The position numbers and the translations under genes are program-made. Source: a virus (Duplodnaviria > Caudoviricetes). From it: a DNA stretch of 34,285 nucleotides. Below are positions 24,540 to 33,724 of the stretch, in pieces; position 1 is the stretch's first letter; every line of letters starts with the position of its first letter. The stretch lies in IMG/VR virus record IMGVR_UViG_3300028586_000743, positions 1 to 34,285 of that record; one strand, 5' to 3'. The notes below the pieces were generated by a model. That model was given only the letters and a program-made list of their open reading frames with translations, was not told the DNA's origin and did no database searches.

Positions 24540-26531
24540 TTAGGCGCCGGCGTTCTTGTAGGCACCGCGGTAGTCGATCCACGCTGCGCCGAACACCAGG
24601 CGGGCCTTGATCTCCATGCCGTCCACCTCGAAGCCCTCGCGCGTTTCGGTGAACACGCCCTGCTCGCCTTCCAGGTAGGCGTATTCGAACGTATCCACAA
24701 CGCCTGGGGCAGCGAAGAGATACCACTGGTTGCCGGTAATGCGGGCGTCGACGATGACGGTCAGCGAGGTGTTGCGGCCATCGTTGATGTCCGCGTTCTT
24801 GGCCGGCACGTAGTTGGAGCTGGTGAACTGGTAGGCCTCCAGCTCTTTGTCCGGGCCGACCACCAGGTACTGTGGCTCGATGTTGAGGAAGTGGCCCGCC
24901 TTGGACTTCTGCTTGCGCATCGCTGCACGAGCGGCTGCCAGGGTGGTGGTGTTGATCGGGCCGGCGCTTGCGGCCAGGTTGCCGTGCGCTGCATCGAACA
25001 CGGGTACGCCGTCCACGAAGTTGACGGTGCCGAGCAGCAGCGCCCACACCAGGTCGGACTCGGTCTGTGCAGCCGCAGCGCCCAGCGCCTGCGGAATACG
25101 GGTCATGGCGCCCAGGTCGTCGTTGACGATGGCTTCCCAGGTGATGGCGATGATCTTGCCGAACTTGGCGACCTTGAGCGGCGCGCCATCCTCGGTGAGG
25201 GTGCCGTATTTGTATTCGCCGTGCTCGTTGACCTTCTCCAACGCGGAGATGTCGCCGAGGGCAGCGCGGGTTACGGCGCGGAAGTCCGGCACGGTGGTCT
25301 GGCGGCCCAGTGGGCGCCAGGTCTGCGGGGCCAGCTCGTAAGCGGCGCGCAGGGTGCGATTGACGGTGCCGCCCAGCAGCAGCGGGAAGTCGCTGGTGGT
25401 GTGCATGCCTGCGGCGCGGAAGGCCTGACGGTCACAACCCAGTGCCGCGCGAGCGACTTCTTGCGGGGTCATGCCGCGAACGTTGCCGCCGACCAGTTCG
25501 ATGGATTCGCGTGCCATGTCGATAAGGCGCATGCCGCGGAATTCGCGGGCGTTCTCTGCCAGGACGATAGCCGGGTTGCAGCGGTGCTGCAGGGCGTTTT
25601 GCATGGCATTGCGCTTTTCGGTCAGCACGGCCTGGTCGACTTGGCTGGTGACCTGGGTGGCGTGAGCGCTGCGGCTTTTGCCCTGGTCGCCGTCCTGCTT
25701 CGCGGCCAGCTTGTCGATCATCTCGGCGCTGGCGTCGGCGACAGCCAGGCCGCGCTCGATCATCTCGTCGGCGACGTCTTCACCCAGGCCGACCTTGCGG
25801 GCCATCTGGCGGATGGTGAGGCTGCGCTTGCGCTCGGCGTCTTGGGCTTCACGGCGTAGCTGCTCGTCGGCCGCGCGCTTCTCTTCTTCGGTCATTGCTG
25901 TTTCCTCTGGGGTTGTAGGCGCGTCGGCCTGCGGTTCGGTTGGCTGTTCGGCTTCCCGAGTTTCGAAAATGGTGGTGGTGCGCTTGCCCTTGTACTCGGC
26001 GGGCGTCGCAGCGCTGCGAACCTTGGCGCCGTCGTCGAAACCGATCGGCACGAGGGAGATTTCTGTGGGCTCCCAGTCGGAGGCCCGGTACACCGGAAGG
26101 GTGTCGTCGCCGTCTTCGACCAACACGTAGCGGTGCACCATGTAGCCCACGCTGATGTTGCGCAGGATCCCTTCCTTTACGTCGCGGAAGATGGGCTCAA
26201 CGTCATCACGGGAGCTGAATCGGATCACCGCGTGCCCTTCACTGCCGTCCAGCCAAGCGCGCTCAACTACGCCTATCACGTCGTCGAGATCCCACTGGCC
26301 GTGGGCGTTCAGGAATGGGGCACCGTTGTTCAGGCGATCCATACGGATGGCGGTGTCGCTGACCTCCAGCTCTTCCATGTATTCGCCGATCGACCACGAC
26401 CACCGCTTACCGCGCGAGCCAGTGGTCCAGGTGATTTCGACGGTGCGGTCTTCCGTGTTCAGCGTGCCGGGGCGAACTGCCGCGCGGATGTGCTGAATGG
26501 GTGTTTCAAGCGTTTTCGTCGTCGCCGTCAT
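24540..26531 (-). CDS. Prohead protease/major capsid fusion protein
   Basis: Protease motifs LNAH and RNISVGY, EISLVPIG; scaffold linker; capsid motifs HTTSDFP and IVNDDLGA. Confidence 0.92.
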   Translation of the reverse strand: MTATTKTLETPIQHIRAAVRPGTLNTEDRTVEITWTTGSRGKRWSWSIGEYMEELEVSDTAIRMDRLNNGAPFLNAHGQWDLDDVIGVVERAWLDGSEGHAVIRFSSRDDVEPIFRDVKEGILRNISVGYMVHRYVLVEDGDDTLPVYRASDWEPTEISLVPIGFDDGAKVRSAATPAEYKGKRTTTIFETREAEQPTEPQADAPTTPEETAMTEEEKRAADEQLRREAQDAERKRSLTIRQMARKVGLGEDVADEMIERGLAVADASAEMIDKLAAKQDGDQGKSRSAHATQVTSQVDQAVLTEKRNAMQNALQHRCNPAIVLAENAREFRGMRLIDMARESIELVGGNVRGMTPQEVARAALGCDRQAFRAAGMHTTSDFPLLLGGTVNRTLRAAYELAPQTWRPLGRQTTVPDFRAVTRAALGDISALEKVNEHGEYKYGTLTEDGAPLKVAKFGKIIAITWEAIVNDDLGAMTRIPQALGAAAAQTESDLVWALLLGTVNFVDGVPVFDAAHGNLAASAGPINTTTLAAARAAMRKQKSKAGHFLNIEPQYLVVGPDKELEAYQFTSSNYVPAKNADINDGRNTSLTVIVDARITGNQWYLFAAPGVVDTFEYAYLEGEQGVFTETREGFEVDGMEIKARLVFGAAWIDYRGAYKNAGA

Positions 26532-28044
26532 TGGTCTGGCTCTCGTCGTTGGTTTGCGGCGGATCGACGTCCGTCGAAGGGATCACGGTGCCCGCCGTAC
26601 GGGCCTGGGTTAGGCCGGCGTCAGATACCTTGCGTGGGTCGCAGTCGAGGACCAGGCCGAGCTTGTCGAACAGGTCGTTGTACTTGGCGATCTCGGCGGC
26701 GTGGCCGTCTGGGTCGGTGATGCCCAGTTCGCGCAGTGCGGTTGGCCAGGTGACCAGCCCGCTGCGCAGGCGGTCTTTGACGGTTTGCGTCTCGGACTTG
26801 GGGTCGACCATTTCGCGGCGCGGTGGCACCCACTCGGCTTTCACGTCCGCCAGCACGCCACCAGGCAGCAGCGCCTGTGCTTCCATGAACCACTCCCACA
26901 CGCGCTCGCACATTTGCGGGATCAACATGCGCCATTGCCACACATCAACCCGGCGGGCGAAGTGCAGCCAGCCCATGCGGCCGCTGGAGAAGTTCACGCC
27001 TTTAAGATCGCCGACCATAAGTTCGTACGGGACACCGAGCCCTACGGCGATGGCGTGCAACGCTTGCCACGAGTAAGGCTGGTAACCGTTGAAGGTCGGT
27101 GGTGTAGCGAAGCTAACCTCTTGACCCGGCCCAGTCCGCTGGATGATTCCGGGTTCCATCCGGTCGAGCAGAGGCGGCATTTTCCCGGGTGACTGGTCGC
27201 CATCAGAAATGAAGGCAGCGAAGCATGCGGCAATCTTTGCCTGCTCCATGACCGCATCTTCCATTTCGTCGAAGTTGCGTAGGCGCTGCATCACCGGAGC
27301 GAGCCAGGTATAGCCGCGCACCTGGCCAACTCGCTTGGGCAGAAACACGTGGATCACGTCTTCAGCCGGCACGCGCTTGGACTGCAACGCGCGCATACCT
27401 CGGTTGGCACCGGGGTGTTGGTCAAACAGCCAGTAGGCTACGCGCTTGCCGATGGCATCGAACTCGATGCCCTGGATGATGGTGTTCGCGCCGATGTCGC
27501 CATTCTTGGCGTCGTCGATAAAGTCCGGCTCAAGCAGTTGCAACTGCAGCGGCACGCTCAGCCCGTCGGAGGCGTAGCGGCGGCGCCGCCGGATCAGGCA
27601 CTCGCCCGCCTCTGCGGCGCACTCGGTGACCTTGTGCTCAAGGCCGTAGAAGTTTTCCAGGCCGTCGGCATCGCATTCGGTGGTTTCACCCCAGCTGGCC
27701 CACAGATCGGCAAGGCGCTTGTTGTCGCGGTCCTTGTTGGACTTGGGGCTGGGCACGATGCCGTAGCCGACCACGTTGTCAGCGATGCCGCTGATAGCAC
27801 GCTCGGCGTATGGGTTGTTACGGCGCAGGTCGCGGGCGCGGTTGCGCAGCAGGGCCAGCGCCGGAGCGTTTTCGGCGTTGGCGTCAGCACCTGTGGCACG
27901 CCAGCCTGCGTTGCGGCGACCGCCGGCGGCACCTTCGAAACGGCGCTTCATCACGTCGAGCGTGAGGTCGGCTTGCATCTTGTGCACGCGAGCCACCGCA
28001 CGCTTCGCGGCGTAGCCGGGAAACAGGTCGTCGATGATGCGCAT
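26506..28044 (-). CDS. Phage portal protein, lambda family
   Basis: Motifs LRNRARDL.RNN, QLLEPD, GQVRG and GDL..VNFSS.R. Confidence 0.93.
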   Translation of the reverse strand: MRIIDDLFPGYAAKRAVARVHKMQADLTLDVMKRRFEGAAGGRRNAGWRATGADANAENAPALALLRNRARDLRRNNPYAERAISGIADNVVGYGIVPSPKSNKDRDNKRLADLWASWGETTECDADGLENFYGLEHKVTECAAEAGECLIRRRRRYASDGLSVPLQLQLLEPDFIDDAKNGDIGANTIIQGIEFDAIGKRVAYWLFDQHPGANRGMRALQSKRVPAEDVIHVFLPKRVGQVRGYTWLAPVMQRLRNFDEMEDAVMEQAKIAACFAAFISDGDQSPGKMPPLLDRMEPGIIQRTGPGQEVSFATPPTFNGYQPYSWQALHAIAVGLGVPYELMVGDLKGVNFSSGRMGWLHFARRVDVWQWRMLIPQMCERVWEWFMEAQALLPGGVLADVKAEWVPPRREMVDPKSETQTVKDRLRSGLVTWPTALRELGITDPDGHAAEIAKYNDLFDKLGLVLDCDPRKVSDAGLTQARTAGTVIPSTDVDPPQTNDESQTNDGDDENA

Positions 28045-28046
28045 GG

Positions 28047-28250
28047 TCAGTAGCCTTTAGAGAACGAGGTGAAGGTACGTCCGCCGTTACAGTTGGCGTT
28101 GAGCCCAAGCTCGTCGCGCATCAGGCGCAGGATCTGCAGCATTTCCGACACGCTGCGGTAGGTGACACTGCGGTCGGCGTAGCGGACGGACAGCTCGCCG
28201 CCCGCGATTGCCGCCTGCAGCGCCTCGTATTGCTCGAGGGTGTAGGCCAT
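28047..28250 (-). CDS. Head-tail adaptor (gpW-like)
   Basis: Pattern AL..AIA.G...V.Y.DRSVTYRS, between terminase and portal. Confidence 0.85.
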   Translation of the reverse strand: MAYTLEQYEALQAAIAGGELSVRYADRSVTYRSVSEMLQILRLMRDELGLNANCNGGRTFTSFSKGY

Positions 28251-28252
28251 CA

Positions 28253-30199
28253 CTATCGTTTCCAGTAGTTGGATTTGGCCCGTGGGCGTTCTTCAGTGCT
28301 GACGGCGGATTCGCCACCGACCTGCGGTTCTTCAGCTAGGGCGTCGAGGTCGAGACCGAATCGCTGCTGACTGATGCGCAGCGCAGCAATTGCCCCAACC
28401 AGGCAGTCGAGCGCCTCGTTGCGACGGCCCTGGGCATCCCAGCGATGAACCCGCAGGCCATTGACGATCTTCGGCACCTTGACCTCAGAGGTCAGTTGCT
28501 TCACTTCGCTCTCGTCGCAGATGTCGCTGTTTGCTGGCAGGTGGATCACGCCAGGCTGGCACTCGCCGGCCTGCGATTTTGCCGTATCGACTTCGAGCTT
28601 GAGGCGGCTGTAGATCAGCTCCTTGGCGTTGTCGGTACCGATCTCGGTCAGGTAGACCTTGGCCTTGCTCTTGGTGCGCGGCATGTTGGCAATTGGCTTG
28701 CCGTACTGGCTCGCGCCCCTGGTTGGGATCACCCAGAGCAGACCGTGCTTGCGGCTGGCGGCGTACACCTCATCGGTGTAGTGGCCGCCGGAGTCCCAAC
28801 CCCAGCGGTCGACCTTCATTACCAGGCCATCCGCGCGGGTGAACTGCCGCTGTAGTTCGATACCCGCCTTGCGCTGCAGCTCCTCGCTTGCTGGGTCGCC
28901 CATGAGGATGAAGCGGTAAACCAGCCAAGCCTCCTCGCCCGGCCCGAACGCCCACACGCGACCTTCCAGGCGGTCGTCTTGCGTATCGATAAAGCCGGTC
29001 AGCACCACAGCGCGCTGCGGCACCTGGCCTGTCCAGACCTCGCGCCGACCATAGAGCGCTTCCCAGTCGACCTTCGATTGCACCTCCTCCCACATCTCGC
29101 CGAGCGTGGTGTTGGTGAAGGTGATCAGCTTCTCGCGGTCGCCTTTGATCTTCAGCCACTCTTCGGCAATCTTCAGCCAGGCTGACCATGTGCTGTAGAT
29201 GGCCCAGCAGTAGAAGGCCACAGACTTGGGCGTGCGTATGGGCTGGTCGTCCTTGTCGAACCAGTCCATGGAATCGCGCGTCCAGATGCCGGTCACGTCG
29301 CATATCCAGCGGCCGTGTGGCGAGGCGGCAACCATGTCCTGGTGGTAGAAATTGTCGCCGCAGCTCTCGCAGACGTACCAGGCTTTGGTGGCCTGCCCGA
29401 GCGAATCCTTTTCCCACTTGAGGCCGTAGCCGCAATCCTTGCCGCCGAACTTCAGCGTCTGCTCGTGCTGGCAGTGCGGGCACGCCACGTAAAAGCGAAG
29501 GCGGATCGGTGACTCTTCAGCGGCCTTGTTGATCTGGCAGCTTCCAGCCTTCTTCGGCGTGGAACCCCGGATCGACTTCGGGTACGTGGCGCCGTCCAGG
29601 CGCTTGTCGCCGAGGGTAACGGCGTCGCCCTCGCCCTCGATGTCCGGGTCGAAGTTGGACAGTTCGTCGTAGATCGTTTCGTCAGCAGACAGCTCACGGT
29701 AGTTGCCCGATGCGGTGCCGCCGCGAATCCACAGGCTCTTACGGTTCGAGAACGTCTTCGCCTCGATGGTGTTATCGCGGTGCTTCTTGCCGAACCAGGG
29801 TGCAAGTTCCTTGATCACCGGCACGTCGCGCACCAGGCCGTCGACGTGGCGCTTGCTGATGCCCTTGGCGTCTGTGTCCGTCGGGCTCCACATCACGATG
29901 TTGCGGCGCTTGTGCTGGAGCTTGTAGCCGATGTTCGCCAGCAGCAACTTGGTGTAACCGATCCGCGCCGACTTCACGAAGTTGACGACGGCGATCAGGT
30001 CGTTGCCCATCGCGTTGAGGATGGCGACCTGGAACGGGTCGGTCGTCCACTTGCCCTCGTGGTACGAGGACTCGGACGACATGTAGAAATGTTCGTCAGC
30101 CCATTGAACAGCCGTCATGGGTGGATCTTTCGAAAGGCCCTGCAACCCTAACCGTACGGCTTTGCCGAGGTCATTGATCCATGGTTGCAAGGTACTCAT
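28253..30199 (-). CDS. Terminase large subunit (lambda GpA family)
   Basis: Walker A KSARIGYTK, YDE, GSTP, CPHC...C..C zinc site, IDTQDD, DSGG and RNEALDC. Confidence 0.96.
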   Translation of the reverse strand: MSTLQPWINDLGKAVRLGLQGLSKDPPMTAVQWADEHFYMSSESSYHEGKWTTDPFQVAILNAMGNDLIAVVNFVKSARIGYTKLLLANIGYKLQHKRRNIVMWSPTDTDAKGISKRHVDGLVRDVPVIKELAPWFGKKHRDNTIEAKTFSNRKSLWIRGGTASGNYRELSADETIYDELSNFDPDIEGEGDAVTLGDKRLDGATYPKSIRGSTPKKAGSCQINKAAEESPIRLRFYVACPHCQHEQTLKFGGKDCGYGLKWEKDSLGQATKAWYVCESCGDNFYHQDMVAASPHGRWICDVTGIWTRDSMDWFDKDDQPIRTPKSVAFYCWAIYSTWSAWLKIAEEWLKIKGDREKLITFTNTTLGEMWEEVQSKVDWEALYGRREVWTGQVPQRAVVLTGFIDTQDDRLEGRVWAFGPGEEAWLVYRFILMGDPASEELQRKAGIELQRQFTRADGLVMKVDRWGWDSGGHYTDEVYAASRKHGLLWVIPTRGASQYGKPIANMPRTKSKAKVYLTEIGTDNAKELIYSRLKLEVDTAKSQAGECQPGVIHLPANSDICDESEVKQLTSEVKVPKIVNGLRVHRWDAQGRRNEALDCLVGAIAALRISQQRFGLDLDALAEEPQVGGESAVSTEERPRAKSNYWKR

Positions 30200-30716
30200 C
30201 GAGATATCCCGGTAGTTCGTCGCCGAACTGCGCGGCGATATTGCGAGCCAGGGCGATCTCTCGCTCCGTGGTTTCCAGTATCCGAGCGTCGATGTCTGGG
30301 TGGCGGCGGCTGACTGTCTTGCCGACGGTTTCGAGTTTGGAGCCGATCTTCGAAGCGATTTTCTCCAGGGCGAACGTGACGAAAGGCGCCGGTATCAGCA
30401 CCTTGTCGTTGACCTGGTTCTTCTGTTCGACGGCGTAGGCCTGGGCGGTCGTGAGGCGCAAGCGCTCCTGCAGCAGGCGGTACTCGATCTTCGGATCGAT
30501 AACCTCGCCGTCAGCATCCGCAAGTTGTTGTTTCCGTCCGGCGTGTTCGACGCGGTTATTCACCACATCTTGCACCCGATAAAAGGCCTCACGACCGATA
30601 CGGGCGACTGGCTCAACGCCCCATTTGTCAAAGGCTTGCGGGGAAATGCCGAGGGACTTGGCCATCTCGGATTTGTTCAACCATCCCGGCTGCCTGGTTG
30701 TTTCGTTTTTAGCCAT
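30171..30716 (-). CDS. Terminase small subunit (Nu1-like)
   Basis: N-terminal wHTH (LNKSEMA.SLGIS.QAFDKW) and a coiled coil. Overlaps the large subunit start. Confidence 0.88.
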   Translation of the reverse strand: MAKNETTRQPGWLNKSEMAKSLGISPQAFDKWGVEPVARIGREAFYRVQDVVNNRVEHAGRKQQLADADGEVIDPKIEYRLLQERLRLTTAQAYAVEQKNQVNDKVLIPAPFVTFALEKIASKIGSKLETVGKTVSRRHPDIDARILETTEREIALARNIAAQFGDELPGYLDEYLATMDQ

Positions 30717-30764
30717 GACTAAACAACAACCAACCTCCGAAAAAAGTTCATACATGGATGTCGA

Positions 30765-30812
30765 GCGGGGCCCGAATTACCCTCGAGGCCACCCCCGTCC
30801 GGGAGTACCTTT
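30765..30812 (-). other. Putative cos packaging region
   Basis: AGGTACTCCC...GGGGGTGGCCTCGAGGG lies just upstream of the small terminase and resembles lambda cosQ (GGGTCCT) and cosN (GGGCGGCGACCTCGCGGG). Confidence 0.55.
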
Positions 30813-30832
30813 TGATGCACCACGACGGTGCA

Positions 30833-31627
30833 TCATCGTGCCCGTGTAGCCAGGGCGCGGGCCATGGCCTTCTCGAACTGGATTGGCAGTTGGTCTTCTG
30901 CGATGGCTTCGGCCACCTCGAAGAAGCGGAAGCGCTTCGAGTACGAAGGCGAATCGGTGAAGGCCAACACCATCTTGATCTTGTTCCTGCTGCCCTTGCC
31001 CCAGCCTGTGCGCTCGGCGATGCCGATGGCCTGTCGCCCTTTGCGCAGCAGGAAGTAGCGCTTCGAGTTGCCCTTGGCTGAGCTCCTGCCGCTGCGTGTC
31101 GCGTTAGCGGTGTAGCCTTCCTCAGTGAAGAGGCCGGCGCCGGACAGGATCTTGGTCAGCGTGCCGCGCGGGATGTTGCCGTGTGAGTCCAGCTTGATGC
31201 CCTTGCCAGGCATCACATACTTGCCTGCAGCCAGCGCACCGCGCCGGCTGAGCATCTTCTCGGTGCCCTTCTGGTTACGGCCACCGCCATACACCTGAGG
31301 CGTCAGCCAGTCAGATGCAGCCCTGCCCTTACCCCAAGCGCCTTGCGTGCCCACCATGTTGCCTGCCGAGTTCTGCGACAGCCCGTCCTTGATCCACACC
31401 CTCGCCTCCATGCGTGCCTTAGTGGCAGGCTGGATGAACAGGCTGTTGAGCGTGGCTCGGGTCGGCCTATCGAATACCGAGGCCATCTCCTCGACCAGCC
31501 CTGCCTTCACATCCTGGGCCGTGCTGGTCAGTGCGAGCGCTGCAGCGAAAGGCAACTGCTCACGCTCCAGGCGATCGAGCTGCTGAAGCCGCTCGCGCAA
31601 ACCTGTGAACGTCACCTTGATAGTCAT
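30833..31627 (-). CDS. Phage morphogenesis protein (gpZ-like tail completion family)
   Basis: Pattern QLPFA.A.ALT.TA...VFDRPT..TLNS, basic, between the holins and cos. Confidence 0.65.
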   Translation of the reverse strand: MTIKVTFTGLRERLQQLDRLEREQLPFAAALALTSTAQDVKAGLVEEMASVFDRPTRATLNSLFIQPATKARMEARVWIKDGLSQNSAGNMVGTQGAWGKGRAASDWLTPQVYGGGRNQKGTEKMLSRRGALAAGKYVMPGKGIKLDSHGNIPRGTLTKILSGAGLFTEEGYTANATRSGRSSAKGNSKRYFLLRKGRQAIGIAERTGWGKGSRNKIKMVLAFTDSPSYSKRFRFFEVAEAIAEDQLPIQFEKAMARALATRAR

Positions 31628-31630
31628 GGG

Positions 31631-31951
31631 TCACCCCTTGTCGCGACGCTCCAGCCCGTTCCAACTGGCCGCCGGACGAAGCACTGCCGCCAGGTTGCCC
31701 TTGGCCCGCCACACCAACCAGGTGAACACGGCGAGGATAAGTACCAAGGGCCAGGCGAACGCAGGCAGGGTCAGCGTACCGGTCGCGATGTAGATCACCG
31801 CCGCAGCAGCAGCGGCCATCGTCAGCCACGCCAAGAACGAGATATTACGGCGGAAGCGCAAGGCACCCCGCTGGAACGTGAACAGGCGAAGGAACAGGAC
31901 CAGGCACAGCCAGAAGGCAGCCTGGTCGAGGAACATGCTCAAACTATCCAT
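31631..31951 (-). CDS. Phage holin family protein
   Basis: Three TM segments; motifs RLFTFQR...RFR and R.KGN.A. Confidence 0.8.
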   Translation of the reverse strand: MDSLSMFLDQAAFWLCLVLFLRLFTFQRGALRFRRNISFLAWLTMAAAAAAVIYIATGTLTLPAFAWPLVLILAVFTWLVWRAKGNLAAVLRPAASWNGLERRDKG

Positions 31952-32303
31952 TGGGATTCCCCTGCACAGGCGGCGCGCCACGCTTGCTGATCGCCGCAAC
32001 AATCAGTGTCACAGCCAGCGCTGAAGCGACGAACGCAGCCGGGCCGGAGTAAGCGAAGGGCCGAATGCCCCAGACCTGGAGGTCGGTCAGCGCAGGGCTG
32101 AACAGGTAGCCCATCACGACACTGATGAAGAAGAACACCAACCGGTTTGCCAGGCGCAGATCGTGCCGTGTCATCACGAACACCAGCGCACCGCATACCG
32201 AACCGGCAACCGCGTTGCCGTCTACGCCAGCCAGCGCACTCGCAACGCCAAGGCCTGCGGCGCCGGCCACAGTCACTGCCGCGACGCTTGCTGGCTCGCT
32301 CAT
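31944..32303 (-). CDS. Putative holin
   Basis: MSEP start, several TM segments and GALVF; first late gene. Confidence 0.75.
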   Translation of the reverse strand: MSEPASVAAVTVAGAAGLGVASALAGVDGNAVAGSVCGALVFVMTRHDLRLANRLVFFFISVVMGYLFSPALTDLQVWGIRPFAYSGPAAFVASALAVTLIVAAISKRGAPPVQGNPNG

Positions 32304-32336
32304 TGAAACCTCCCATGCGGCCATGGGCCAGAAACG

Positions 32337-32363
32337 AAAAAGCCCAGCTCTATGGCTGGGCTT
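32337..32363 (-). terminator. tR'-like terminator of the late leader
   Basis: AAGCCCAGC-N6-GCTGGGCTTTTT between Q and the holin. Confidence 0.85.
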
Positions 32364-32392
32364 CGATGCGCCGTTGTGGGCGCGACTTCTGC

Positions 32393-32433
32393 AACGTAAC
32401 AGAAATCTACCTGTTTCGGCCCGGGCCGGTCAA
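32393..32433 (-). promoter_or_regulatory. pR'-like late promoter with a pause element
   Basis: TTGACC (32433-32428)-N18-TAGATT (32409-32404), a palindromic GGCCCGGGCC spacer and a -10-like TACGTT at about +1. Confidence 0.7.
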
Positions 32434-32765
32434 GCGGCGATTGCGCGCTTTGACTCAAGAGCTCCATCGATCCACGCCACGCCAGCCTTCCACAGCTGCC
32501 GGGTCTTCTCCTCACCGAAACCCATCCGCTTACCAACGATCGCGAACGTTGCGCCGGTGGTGTAGTAGCGCAGGATCACCTCCCCGCATTCAGGGTACCG
32601 CTGCCCCAGCCTGCCCATCAGGCGATCAATCACCAGAGCCTCGTCGTCGGTGATCATCGGAGTTGGCCGCTCACAAGGCGCCTGGCAACTAGACACACCA
32701 GCGCCCTGCGTGACCCAGAGGCCCCACTGCTCCAACAGCTCCTGAGTATCTCGCTCAATTGTCAT
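32430..32765 (-). CDS. Late gene antiterminator Q
   Basis: Pattern LLEQWG.W...ITDDEAL.ID...YY...KAGVAWIDG, upstream of the holins. Confidence 0.9.
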   Translation of the reverse strand: MTIERDTQELLEQWGLWVTQGAGVSSCQAPCERPTPMITDDEALVIDRLMGRLGQRYPECGEVILRYYTTGATFAIVGKRMGFGEEKTRQLWKAGVAWIDGALESKRAIAA

Positions 32766-33123
32766 CGCTGGTGCACTCCCCTTGAATGCGGACGCGCACG
32801 GCGCCGCCTTTGACTGTTTCCCGGCTCATGCGCAGCTGGGTGATGAATCGGTTGTCATCGATACCCAGCGCATCGGCCAAGCCATCACGGCCTGCCTTGA
32901 ACGCAGCCAGGCAGTTGTCGTCATCACGGCGCCGGGCATCTGGTGGCACGAACTCCAGCTCGAGCAGAACCCTGCCAGCAGGGGCGACCAAACCGGCCTG
33001 CAGGCACAGCAGGTGGCACATGCGGCGATAGCTCTTCGCTGCGGCGCTCTTCTTGGCCCAGTGGCTGCGGGCGTTAGGGCTCAACGCGCGCGGTGGCCAT
33101 GGCAGTGTCAGCACATCCGACAT
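32755..33123 (-). CDS. rusA: RusA-like Holliday junction resolvase
   Basis: Motifs LPWPP..LSPN, PPD.RRRDDDN, K...DGLADALGIDD and GGAVRVRI. Confidence 0.85.
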   Translation of the reverse strand: MSDVLTLPWPPRALSPNARSHWAKKSAAAKSYRRMCHLLCLQAGLVAPAGRVLLELEFVPPDARRRDDDNCLAAFKAGRDGLADALGIDDNRFITQLRMSRETVKGGAVRVRIQGECTSDDN

Positions 33124-33125
33124 GC

Positions 33126-33407
33126 TCAATCCCCCGAGTAATGCGAGCCACCAGGGCCGCGAGTGTTGGTTTGCTGATACTTCTCGGCATCACCGAGGAC
33201 GATAGAGCGTGCGGGGCGCTGGGCTTGGGTCAGCTCGGCGCGCAGGTACTGCACGGCGTCTTCAAGGCTCATCGTCTCACCTGAGGCCAGCACCACGCCG
33301 GCGCCGTTGCAGGCCACGCAGCCATTCAGATGGAACACGCCGCGATACTCGCCAGTGCCAGCGCAGATTACGCAGGGCGCGTGCTGCTCGGAGGCTGTCA
33401 GGCGCAT
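33126..33407 (-). CDS. Hypothetical protein with two CxxCxGxG zinc-finger motifs
   Basis: CVICAGTG and CVACNGAG; coupled to its neighbours. Confidence 0.7.
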   Translation of the reverse strand: MRLTASEQHAPCVICAGTGEYRGVFHLNGCVACNGAGVVLASGETMSLEDAVQYLRAELTQAQRPARSIVLGDAEKYQQTNTRGPGGSHYSGD

Positions 33408-33721
33408 GGCTCGGCCTCGCGCTGCTTCTGCTGGTCGGGCTCTAGGTCGCCACCTAGGGGCATCAAGTAGCGCTCAAGGATCAAGTCGAGACCAGCATCT
33501 ACGGGATCATCTGAGTTGTTCTCGATGCTATCTCCGCGTACCAACCAGCGGGGCTCATCGCCTTCGCAATACTGCATCTCGATAGCCGAGTCATTGGGAT
33601 GGTCGATTACTTCTCCCGGAACGAGCTTTGCTATCAGCTCGCAACCACGGCCCTGGTTCGATGGCAGATGGTCGTAGCCAATGATCACGGCCAGGTCACC
33701 AACCTTGAACTGATTACCCAT
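33398..33721 (-). CDS. Hypothetical phage protein
   Basis: Motifs FKVGDLA.I and YLMPL.GD; GGAGG RBS. Confidence 0.7.
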   Translation of the reverse strand: MGNQFKVGDLAVIIGYDHLPSNQGRGCELIAKLVPGEVIDHPNDSAIEMQYCEGDEPRWLVRGDSIENNSDDPVDAGLDLILERYLMPLGGDLEPDQQKQREAEPCA

Positions 33722-33724
33722 TTT

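Noticed and set aside
23802-25859. 685-aa plus-strand ORF, and other long antisense ORFs such as 16522-17382, 17674-18495 and 27349-28053
   Set aside because: These are shadow frames of high-GC3 minus-strand phage genes with no domain motifs.
24540-26531. Protease-capsid fusion as a novelty
   Set aside because: This arrangement is common in lambda-like prophages that carry DUF2190.
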